NCBI GenBank assembly: GCA_944372095.1
Contig: CALVYG010000003.1
Span: 21,347-85,346, forward strand
Reading direction: 5' to 3'
Source of the DNA: an uncultured Clostridia bacterium
GTDB taxonomy: Bacteria > Bacillota > Clostridia > Christensenellales > DTU072
DNA: 64,000 nucleotides
Shown: piece by piece, positions 20,301 to 27,476 of the stretch
Layout of the letters: each line of letters starts with the position of its first letter
Position numbering within the stretch: position 1 is the stretch's first letter
Notes under the pieces: generated by a model
Told to the model about the DNA's origin: nothing
Seen by the model: the letters and a program-made list of their open reading frames with translations, nothing else
Database searches by the model: none
Made by a program: the position numbers and the translations under genes

Positions 20301-21258
20301 CGGGATGCATAGTAAGGAATTTCCCGAGAAGCGCGTAAAGCGACGCCAGCTCCGCCTCCAACAAAGCAATGTATTTTCTGTTAAAATTCTCTACTCTCCT
20401 GAATACGGATTCTAGCTGGCGCTCACCATTAGGCACGGACCTCATATAATCCGCTACGGCTTTACTTGAACCGAATTTTAGCGTGAGTTCGGCGTTAAAC
20501 TTCTCACTTGCCAAAACTATCTTCTCTGCCGTCGCGTCATACCTCAATCCGTCGATATCCAAACCCACATCACTGAAAGAATTTTTTAACGCGTCTATGA
20601 CGCAATATATATCCTTTTTGAAATAATTTATAAGTACTTCCGCAATATCTCTGCCCGAAGAATCATCTTGACTGTGCGTTATCGTAAGAACAGGAGCGGC
20701 TTCGTTCTCGGCTAAACGCGCTCCTTTCGTCGTTATTCCGAAACCGATTTCGCTTCTGAACGCCTCGAAAACGCTGATGTAAAAATCGCTAATACATGAA
20801 AGGCTCTTTACTTCGGGAAACGTCACGCCGTTTTGGGTATATTTCTTTATCCCGAATTTCTCTTCCAACTCGTATTCCCACTTGCGAGACATTATTTCAT
20901 TAGGCACGATTATGAGCAGTGACCTTAATTCGTTACGGCTTGCGAGTTCCGATATAATCATGCCCGCTTCTATCGTCTTTCCCATACCCACCTGATCGGA
21001 TAATATACCGCTCTTGTTCAAGTTGAATACAAAATCGTATACCGCTTCTTCCTGATAGGAATAGTAACTGTGATCGCTTTTCTGCCCGAACCAGTTAAAA
21101 CGGTTATAATAATCCTCTTTCAAACGCAATTCCTGCCTGCTTTCGACTTTGCTTACTTCTTTGAGCAGTTCAGTAATTCTATGAATTTGTTCTTCGCTCG
21201 AATCCTCTACCGCCGCCTTTTCGTGTTTCGGCATTTCAACATCGTATTCGCTTAACAT
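17365..21258 (-). CDS. SNF2/RAD54-family (superfamily 2) helicase-like ATPase, 1297 aa, with large insertions and a Cys-rich C-terminal module
   Basis: ATG 21258 with GGAGAAAA upstream. Motif I LSDQVGMGKTIEAG; Ia LLIIVPNEI; II VIVDEVHDY; III IFLTATPIKSDMVDFY; V-VI GVDLQKANTIINFDINYDPLKMEQRIGRIDRI. Confidence 0.9.
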   Translation of the reverse strand: MLSEYDVEMPKHEKAAVEDSSEEQIHRITELLKEVSKVESRQELRLKEDYYNRFNWFGQKSDHSYYSYQEEAVYDFVFNLNKSGILSDQVGMGKTIEAGMIISELASRNELRSLLIIVPNEIMSRKWEYELEEKFGIKKYTQNGVTFPEVKSLSCISDFYISVFEAFRSEIGFGITTKGARLAENEAAPVLTITHSQDDSSGRDIAEVLINYFKKDIYCVIDALKNSFSDVGLDIDGLRYDATAEKIVLASEKFNAELTLKFGSSKAVADYMRSVPNGERQLESVFRRVENFNRKYIALLEAELASLYALLGKFLTMHPEESARISGGLSKKYPILVVPISSTDSQTGATTPFLNHELAPEIKNYRHEYSTQDGEGIIPYYESYKVIDFFIDAAYQTVIVDEVHDYIDVRAKVNTDDFHLRQAEFVEKYPAKQFNRYELFDDYYFIEKTSLYKKLKDLADKAKRKIFLTATPIKSDMVDFYLLTLLACNKDAETYEVLSRDLDTADPKSIDDIRQSVYKCITEIAAEFFTDHHSEYLREAPKNSAGNKYAFPYMHTQYIEKNASDAENIKNYLLSHFSYMSINEVVMNLLSAYKLETKHEDGAIDQRLDDVNSLLLNDGILELMKGIEPTSDMRTRVVFRALLDNPIRLRFEEDFIGENNEPIKRIRDMLVLKDGPRRWYNTYRKYGIRHTRHQTYNLGNFPDASVTDMLKSGKMERYRNLPIWPKRNGNVIYLQRIDRFFDSYLTTRNKDISALHSGEVDIESLPNYGTLKGTEASKQKRFAAAKQLFAYINDSMSGGDEHHLPQHSYYESVQIGDENMIEYKLALVNKLMEGTDASLGNINNMVLLFADGRYRDIITKWFAYQGCSPLTEKLGAINESTKKKFDKAFERYGISSVKQSWRVSEQTDDINRYRGNLLVIIDPKRYEKGVDLQKANTIINFDINYDPLKMEQRIGRIDRIRPASQEQSINIISFVPLNDMSGFVINFFANEMLMFTQWMGETTGIVSVPEESRENVQTSEAKEDISFEGNVNKLEKFYLILYRLCTEEVDRTDIDHAADEFSAEFGTDKDFTKADFVYINAMRKVYEKMFVNSIYKGRRDDSDKDKVVRFNSRRNVFLDCSDARDCNKCPNYSQCKSEGGEGVVNSYSEFTKAAEKFAGESIKFYENMLSTLSARGTLVQGQDNKMSRQDAFFRSRRKEFEELKSKLKTNLKSDPMKPFVMTIKEFDAIMNPIKKLYWDDVVKRYIDRVLKQFYKQCDSVLESAAMFEKFIKTLSIAEFMSNMDENVEFDDEIITEE

Positions 21259-21280
21259 GATTTTCTCCGTTTTTGTTTTT

Positions 21281-22429
21281 TTATCGTGTTTTATTTTTTA
21301 TGAAGCCCGCACGCAAACTGCCTACATACAATTCGCCATTAAAGAGACTCACCTTATTGCTGGTCATTTCAAGGACGAAACTGCGTTCAGTAACCTCGCG
21401 CATCCTGTCTTTGTAGCGCCTTATAATTTCCGCTCTCGCATCGGTGATCTTGACGTAACGCAACTGTCTTTCGTTATCCTCCAATATAAGGTTAAAGTGT
21501 GCGTTTTCGTTAAACAGTTCGCCGTCCGACTGAGACTTAATCTCGGAAACGGGATAGGTATAGCACACCTTTTCCGAACCCGTATGCGATTTATAATATA
21601 CGTACAATACGTTATTAAAAGACTGTATCGTCGTTATATCGAAACCAACCTTAAAGCCAAATCGACACACACTCCCGGGATTCCCTAAACGCAATTTACA
21701 AACCCGGTTTTCGGATACCCAAAGTATATCGCCGCCGTCTGAAACTATAAGCGGTTCTCTGACAAACTCTCCGTTTTCGATATTAAATTCACCATTTCCT
21801 ATCATAACCGTTTCTATGCGGCGTTTGTCGGGTACAAAACGATAATACCCGAGTTTCTCGTCATGAATAACAAATATATTTGAACCTATACATGATACGA
21901 AACTGCTTGTCGCATACGTAGACGGGAGTTCGACGGCGGCCATGGGTTTAAGCTTTATCTTCCCCGCAATGTCTATTAAATAAACGGTAAGGTTGCACTT
22001 GTCTTTCTCCGAGGCGATTGCCACAAGATAGTACCCGACGCCTGTCTCCTGCGGAAGACATATGATACCCCATGCCCTAACGGTTTCTCCGGGATACAAC
22101 ACGCGATTGGCGTCATAGATAATATATCCGTTCGCATCCAACGCGAACACGGCACCGTTTAACCAAAGTTCGGGCAGACCTTCTTCGGACATGCGACGAC
22201 TGTAAACGTACCTGACGTCTCCGGGTCCTATGACGCAGTTATTCCCTATGTCGCCGTTTGTAAGCAGCCGGAACTTGCAATCAACAAGGGTATTTTTCCG
22301 ATCCACATATTGCTTCCAATCGTTAAACTCACCCACTATCTCCTGTCCGTATGCAGAAGAACGCACGCTAAGTTTCGACGTATAGAACAGCTTTTCTTTT
22401 TTAGTTGCTTTATAAAAGCATTTCAGCAT
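21281..22429 (-). CDS. Hypothetical beta-rich protein (382 aa), possibly propeller-like
   Basis: ATG 22429 with GGAGAGAGGA upstream. Gaps of 14 and 22 bp to its neighbours. I recognised no catalytic motif. Confidence 0.6.
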   Translation of the reverse strand: MLKCFYKATKKEKLFYTSKLSVRSSAYGQEIVGEFNDWKQYVDRKNTLVDCKFRLLTNGDIGNNCVIGPGDVRYVYSRRMSEEGLPELWLNGAVFALDANGYIIYDANRVLYPGETVRAWGIICLPQETGVGYYLVAIASEKDKCNLTVYLIDIAGKIKLKPMAAVELPSTYATSSFVSCIGSNIFVIHDEKLGYYRFVPDKRRIETVMIGNGEFNIENGEFVREPLIVSDGGDILWVSENRVCKLRLGNPGSVCRFGFKVGFDITTIQSFNNVLYVYYKSHTGSEKVCYTYPVSEIKSQSDGELFNENAHFNLILEDNERQLRYVKITDARAEIIRRYKDRMREVTERSFVLEMTSNKVSLFNGELYVGSLRAGFIKNKTR

Positions 22430-22443
22430 TGTCCTCTCTCCGC

Positions 22444-24978
22444 TCAGCCCCTCGTAATCATGATGTTTTCTCCGTAACGATCTTCATTTCTGAGTCCCCT
22501 GTTGTTTAGAAGAATTGTATATATATCCTGCTCGCTCCCCTCGGCAAATCTGCGCTTATAGTCGCACAGATCTTCTTTTGTAAAATAACTTGCCAACGGC
22601 GATTCCTTGCCGTTCAAGTCGAGCCTTTCTATTATAAACTGTTCCAATCGCCTGTTTATCGGTGCGTCTTTAAGCATTTCCAATGACATATATCCTTTAC
22701 TGTCAGTGGGTTTCATGATCTCGGCATAGCCGTAGCGATGCTCAATACAATATCTTTTCAATTCATCGTATTTATCTATGTTTAGATGATAAGCCGCAGT
22801 ACGGAAGTTTTTCATCTCTATTATGACAATTCTTCCTTTGTAGTCTTTCACAACAAAATCGGGATAATACTTGTGGTTTGCAAGCCTAGCAGAGACGTAT
22901 TCGAGCTCTGCGCTCTGTGCCTTAATGTCCGACAAAAATCCCGTTTTCGCCATAAGAGACGCAAACCTGCTCTCAAGAAAAGAGTCGCATTCAAGGGTTC
23001 TTATTTTGCCCGCGATGTCTACCTCGAGCGTGCAACGATGCTTTGTTGTCTCATCGTATTCTTTTTCTATGTCCGGAAACAGTTCGTCAAGATCCGCTTC
23101 GGGAACAATCTTTACGTTCTCGGGATATGTAATGAGCGACTCAATAAGACGGCACTTTTCCGAATCGGGAATCCGTGAAGCCACAATGCTGCGTTTTTCC
23201 CATCTTTGGTTGTTTTCTCCGCGAAGTCCTGCTTCCTCGGCGTTTTTTCCGTTAAGTTCGGCGTCCTCAAAATATTCACCCAAATTCTCTTCGAAATCAT
23301 CGTTATCGTACTCCGCATTGCCTAAGTCATTTAAGGTGTCTCCGGCGTCCTGTATATTCGTGTAATTTGTGCTTTCGGCATCTTTTTGTTGCATCGGCAA
23401 AGCATCGCTCGGGTCGGAGCTCTCAATTCCTCCTTCGTTGATAAAGTAATTATTTTTTTTTCCTGTCGAAATATTCGGATTGTCGCCGTCGCATGAAACG
23501 GGCGAATTTTTATCATCTTTAGCTGAATCTCCTAAGTCCTTTTTCTTGGCGGGGGGCGTCAATCCAAGCACTTCATATGCCTTTGGCATGGCTATGCGAC
23601 CCTGTGCCTGAATCATTAACAAGCCTTTTTTAATGAGATAAGCTTCATACTTTTGTTTGAGTACGTTATTGCTCTCGTTCATTGCTCTGGCGAGCGTATC
23701 GATACTGACGGGACCGCCGCCATACCTCTTGACGATAATGCCGAGCAATTGTCTGTCTCCCTCTTCAAGTCCGTACTTGTCTATACGGCTGCTCTTGAAG
23801 TATTCCTCAATAATGTCCGACGTAATTCTTATGTTACACTTGCGAATTTGTTCAACACTGTTGAAATGCCCCTGTAAGCGGATACCGTTTCTTTCGGCAT
23901 ACCTCACAAGCGCGTTACTGGATATCATGTTCACCATGTTGTTGGCAATCCTGGGATTATTTCTGCAACGCTTGGCTATACTCAAAGCGTCGGTGTCGTA
24001 TATACTCATGCCGCCGCGGTAAAATGATTTGGCGATAATTTGCGCAATCACATTGTCGTTGTATTCTTTAAGGCGCACAAGTATAGTGCGTTGAGTCAAC
24101 GGACCCGCAAGTTCTCCAAGCTCCGTTGTCGCACCGATGAGCGTAAAGGGCGGCAATTCTATCGTTTCTGTCCTTGCGAGTTTTCCTTTGCCCTCAGTAT
24201 ATGTAATGCAATGATCCTGCAACGCCGAATACAATAGCGACTCCGCAATTTCTTTGGGTAGCGTATGTATCTCGTCAATAAAAACTATATCTTTCGCTTT
24301 GAGAGATTTCAGCATGGCAAGCATACTGTTCATGTTTATGCCGTTTACATTGATTTCTTTGAGGCTCATCCCCATTTCATTGGCGATGATTCTCGCAAAC
24401 GTCGTTTTTCCTAAACCGTGCGACCCGTATAAAATCAAATGCGGCAATACCGTGTCCTTTAATTTGGCGGCGTTTATCAGCGTAGAAACACAGTTTACGG
24501 CATCGGATTGCCCGACATATTCCGATAACCATTGCGGCGCCATAGCGTTAAGTCTGCGGTTTTTCGGTCCATGCGATTGTTCCTTCTTTAACGGGTCTAC
24601 AATATCTATGGGTCTAAGCGACTTTCCGGTATCTTTTTGTGGCGTTTCTCTTCCATCTGCGTTGAACGATTTGTCAGATTTTTGAAAAAGCTCGTCAACC
24701 GTTTGATATTGCTTATCGGGTGCGCTATCCGCATCTCCTTTTTTTTCTTTTGCCGAATCGGCTTTAATTTTAGACTGAGCTTCATCGGCAAGCGACAGAC
24801 ACGAATTGTAGTAGCGCATATACTTTGCTCTGACTTCCCCGCCGGACAGGCTCGCTATGACCAACGCTATCTCGCATGCTTTTAGAAAGCATTTTCGCGC
24901 CCCGGCGTAATCGCCGTCGCGCATTTTTTCCTCCGCCTCGGTAAGAGATGATACTATTTGGCGTTCTTTATCCTGCAT
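22444..24978 (-). CDS. Fusion protein: N-terminal MIT-like domain + RuvB-like AAA+ ATPase with winged helix + C-terminal PD-(D/E)xK (TnsA-N/restriction-endonuclease-like) nuclease domain
   Basis: MIT-like: EAEEKMRDGDYAGARKCFLKACEIALVIASLSGGEVRAKYMRYYNSCLSLADEAQSKI. RuvB-like: HLILYGSHGLGKTTFARIIANEMG, IVFIDEIHTL, LPPFTLIGATTELGELAGPL, NPRIANNMVNMI, GLEEGDRQLLGIIVKRYGGGPVSIDTLARAM...YEAYLIKKGLL. Nuclease: YYPDFVVKDYKGRIVIIEMK (nt 22810-22869). Confidence 0.85.
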   Translation of the reverse strand: MQDKERQIVSSLTEAEEKMRDGDYAGARKCFLKACEIALVIASLSGGEVRAKYMRYYNSCLSLADEAQSKIKADSAKEKKGDADSAPDKQYQTVDELFQKSDKSFNADGRETPQKDTGKSLRPIDIVDPLKKEQSHGPKNRRLNAMAPQWLSEYVGQSDAVNCVSTLINAAKLKDTVLPHLILYGSHGLGKTTFARIIANEMGMSLKEINVNGINMNSMLAMLKSLKAKDIVFIDEIHTLPKEIAESLLYSALQDHCITYTEGKGKLARTETIELPPFTLIGATTELGELAGPLTQRTILVRLKEYNDNVIAQIIAKSFYRGGMSIYDTDALSIAKRCRNNPRIANNMVNMISSNALVRYAERNGIRLQGHFNSVEQIRKCNIRITSDIIEEYFKSSRIDKYGLEEGDRQLLGIIVKRYGGGPVSIDTLARAMNESNNVLKQKYEAYLIKKGLLMIQAQGRIAMPKAYEVLGLTPPAKKKDLGDSAKDDKNSPVSCDGDNPNISTGKKNNYFINEGGIESSDPSDALPMQQKDAESTNYTNIQDAGDTLNDLGNAEYDNDDFEENLGEYFEDAELNGKNAEEAGLRGENNQRWEKRSIVASRIPDSEKCRLIESLITYPENVKIVPEADLDELFPDIEKEYDETTKHRCTLEVDIAGKIRTLECDSFLESRFASLMAKTGFLSDIKAQSAELEYVSARLANHKYYPDFVVKDYKGRIVIIEMKNFRTAAYHLNIDKYDELKRYCIEHRYGYAEIMKPTDSKGYMSLEMLKDAPINRRLEQFIIERLDLNGKESPLASYFTKEDLCDYKRRFAEGSEQDIYTILLNNRGLRNEDRYGENIMITRG

Positions 24979-25014
24979 AATCTGTCCTTTATAAAACGCA
25001 CAACCGTCCGTGAA

Positions 25015-25599
25015 TTATTTATTTATTTCCTCACGGAGGCTTGCAAGTTTTTTCTCTATCTCGTCGTTGCTCATACCTGACTGACTTTTACCATATATTT
25101 TATTGTCAATCTCGGTATCGTCCACGTTGCTGATTTTATCCGCAAATACGCCGACCTCGTTTTGGTTAGATTCTAAAACTTCGATAACTTCCTCTGTTTG
25201 CGCGGTAACCTTTTCCATTGCTTCCTGAATTTCGTTCACAAACTTGCTCATATCCTCTGTGGTGTTTGCAGCAATACTTTTACCTATATCTCCAAGCGCA
25301 TGCACAAAATCTGTCGTCATTGCAGACATTTCTTTCATCTGCGATACAATTCTGAGATTGACCAGCATCGCAAACGTACGCTTCTTTTCCCCTATCGTCA
25401 ATTTGAGCGCTTTTTTAGCCAACTCAATCTGTTCCGGCAACGCTTCGCGCATGGCTACTTTGGCGGCATTGATATAAACTTGTTCCTGATCCTCGAGCTT
25501 TTTGATGCGCCTTTCAAGCTGGTTCATAGCCTTATTGACTGCCATTCTGCGCTCGCGCTCTTTTTCGGCCTTACTCTTAAACAAATTAGGTTTTTTCAT
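25015..25599 (-). CDS. Snf7/ESCRT-III-like (PspA/Snf7 superfamily) coiled-coil protein, 194 aa, with MIM1-like C-terminal helix
   Basis: AAGGAG SD. The helical pattern LERRIKKLEDQEQVYINAAKVAMRE..ELAKKALKLTIGEKKRTFAMLVNLRIVSQMKEMSAMTTDFVHALGDIGKSI..MSKFVNEIQEAMEKV aligns by eye with the CHMP/Snf7 core. The tail NDEIEKKLASLR fits (D/E)xxLxxRLxxL(K/R). Confidence 0.7.
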   Translation of the reverse strand: MKKPNLFKSKAEKERERRMAVNKAMNQLERRIKKLEDQEQVYINAAKVAMREALPEQIELAKKALKLTIGEKKRTFAMLVNLRIVSQMKEMSAMTTDFVHALGDIGKSIAANTTEDMSKFVNEIQEAMEKVTAQTEEVIEVLESNQNEVGVFADKISNVDDTEIDNKIYGKSQSGMSNDEIEKKLASLREEINK

Positions 25600-25655
25600 G
25601 TTTGCTCCTTAATAAATATTCAATATATACTTGTTGTTTTCGTTCGAACGAGCCT

Positions 25656-26825
25656 TTATGACTGATTGTCGGTTAAGCTTTGAACAAGCTCTTCCACAGT
25701 CGGCAGATCACATATTTTGAGCGTGGATAAAACGTTTTTATCGTTCAATTCTCTTACGGAAAGTTGTCCAAGCCTGATGTTCTGCCTTGCCATCATTTTC
25801 TCGAAAAGCATTCTGACATCCCTCGCGTTACCAAAGTATTTTCCCCTTGCGCTCTTAAGTTCCGCAAGACGATCGGTAATTGCCGTTCGGACAACCTCGG
25901 GGTCTTCCTCGAAAACAAATTTCTGTTTTTTGCAGAGTTTTATCAGAATGTTGTACATTTCTTTCGGGGCGTAATCTTCAAATTCAATCGTCCAATTAAA
26001 GCGGGAAGCAAAACCTACATTCGACTTCATGGCGGCATCCATTTCATCTGAATAACCTGCAAGTATCACCACAAAATCAGCACGGTTGTTTTCGACCGCG
26101 GTAAGCAAAACGTCTATTGCCTCCTTTCCGAAATCGCTTCCCGAATCAGCTTTATAAAGAGTATAAAACTCGTCGACAAACAATACTCCGCCTAAGGCCG
26201 AATCCACAACTTCCTGCGTCTGCTGAGCCGTATGCCCCACATACTTCCCTACTAGACCGACCCTTGCGTTTACTTCCACAAGGTGGCCTTTGCTAAGTAA
26301 CCCGAGCGCACTGAAAATATCACCCATAATTCTTGCAACGGTAGTTTTTCCTGTCCCGGGATTGCCCTTAAAAATCATGTGATTGGAAGAAGCATATATC
26401 GGAAGTCCCTGTTCTTCTCTAAACTTGTTTATGCGGATTTGCTGTATAATCTGCATAACCCTGTTTTTCACGTTATGAAGACCCTCGAGCGAATTAAGCT
26501 CTTCCAGCGCGCTTTCCAGCGAAGGCGCGGGTTTTGAGGACGAATCATCTGCTTTGGCATTGTTTTGTCCGCCTGTTTTCGCGCCGGCACAAGGGGTGGA
26601 CTTAACCACTTTACCGCCGACTTTATCTATCATATTCTTGATAGACATGGCTTGCTCGACATATGCCTGTCGCTCGCTTCCCGAAGACTGTTCCGCCAAA
26701 ACAACGGCGCTTTTCAGAGCGCGTTGCAAAAAAATCATTGCTTGATTATAATTATTTTGTTCAAGATATTTCAGCGCAGTCTCACGATTGGTGCGATATT
26801 CCTTCTTCAATTCTTCATTCGGCAT
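25656..26825 (-). CDS. MIT-like domain + AAA+ ATPase (SpoVK/CbbX/EccA-type core); Vps4-like architecture
   Basis: GGAGGG SD. N-terminus ALKYLEQNNYNQAMIFLQRALKSAVVLAEQSSGSERQAYVEQAMSIKNMIDKV has the MIT pattern, followed by a low-complexity linker. Then MIFKGNPGTGKTTVARIMG (Walker A), GGVLFVDEFYTL (Walker B), VVILAGY and GFASRF. Confidence 0.8.
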   Translation of the reverse strand: MPNEELKKEYRTNRETALKYLEQNNYNQAMIFLQRALKSAVVLAEQSSGSERQAYVEQAMSIKNMIDKVGGKVVKSTPCAGAKTGGQNNAKADDSSSKPAPSLESALEELNSLEGLHNVKNRVMQIIQQIRINKFREEQGLPIYASSNHMIFKGNPGTGKTTVARIMGDIFSALGLLSKGHLVEVNARVGLVGKYVGHTAQQTQEVVDSALGGVLFVDEFYTLYKADSGSDFGKEAIDVLLTAVENNRADFVVILAGYSDEMDAAMKSNVGFASRFNWTIEFEDYAPKEMYNILIKLCKKQKFVFEEDPEVVRTAITDRLAELKSARGKYFGNARDVRMLFEKMMARQNIRLGQLSVRELNDKNVLSTLKICDLPTVEELVQSLTDNQS

Positions 26826-26843
26826 TACGATTCCCTCCGAAAA

Positions 26844-27458
26844 CTAATTGAGTCCGTTCATCTTCTTCAATTCCGACAGTTCATTATCGAAAGATTTGTT
26901 CTCGTCGCGAACATTTTCAACAGAAATTTCTTCGGCGGACGACGTTGCGTCTTTGATTAAAGCTTCGACTTCGGGATCGACTTCAAACTGCATAGACATC
27001 GCATCCATTCCGTCGTAAGCAGCCTCCTGATTTGCCGTGCTTTCTTCTAGTCGATGCCATATATCATCTACTTTCCCCATTCCCGCAAATATATTGATAT
27101 CTTTAAAAAGATTTTGCATGCGCTTACTCACGTTATCAATAACAGACGGAAGCGAATCGTCTTGCTGTTGCTCGTAAATCATAAGCATCATTTCCGCCTG
27201 AGGTATGAATTGCTGCGCACGCATAATGGCATTGACCGTAATTTTAAGCGATTTTGCGGCAATGTTATAAATTATAGGATCCTTTTTTTGCTTTGCCTGA
27301 CGGCAAATCTCAATCATTTTATCCCTAACGCTTTCAAGCTTTCCGATTTGATTGGAAACTTTTCTGATTTCCAACCTTGTCGAGGCTTTGACTTGCAAAA
27401 CACCGGACAAATCGTCGGTGGGTCCGATATCCTTTTTATCCTTATTAAAAAAAGCCAT
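26844..27458 (-). CDS. Snf7/ESCRT-III-like coiled-coil protein, 204 aa, with acidic region and MIM1-like tail
   Basis: AGGAGA SD. Core: EIRKVSNQIGKLESVRDKMIEICRQAKQKKDPIIYNIAAKSLKITVNAIMRAQQF...VIDNVSKRMQNLFKDI. Acidic stretch: DPEVEALIKDATSSAEE. The tail NKSFDNELSELK has hydrophobics at positions 4/8/11 and K at 12. Confidence 0.65.
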   Translation of the reverse strand: MAFFNKDKKDIGPTDDLSGVLQVKASTRLEIRKVSNQIGKLESVRDKMIEICRQAKQKKDPIIYNIAAKSLKITVNAIMRAQQFIPQAEMMLMIYEQQQDDSLPSVIDNVSKRMQNLFKDINIFAGMGKVDDIWHRLEESTANQEAAYDGMDAMSMQFEVDPEVEALIKDATSSAEEISVENVRDENKSFDNELSELKKMNGLN

Positions 27459-27476
27459 ATTTCTCCTAAAATAATA

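Noticed and set aside
22444-24978. Annotating this gene as housekeeping ruvB
   Set aside because: Canonical RuvB is ~330-350 aa and is encoded next to ruvA. This protein is 844 aa with MIT-like and nuclease extensions, and it sits in an accessory-looking operon. It is called RuvB-like only.
25600-25655. Small palindrome CGTTCGAACG in the largest intra-operon gap as an internal terminator
   Set aside because: It is a loop-less 10-bp palindrome with no T-tract, too weak to call.
25656-26825. Annotating this gene as sporulation gene spoVK
   Set aside because: The AAA+ core is SpoVK-like, but the MIT-like N-terminus and the flanking Snf7-like genes argue for a dedicated role. Orthology cannot be settled without phylogeny, so I assign no symbol.
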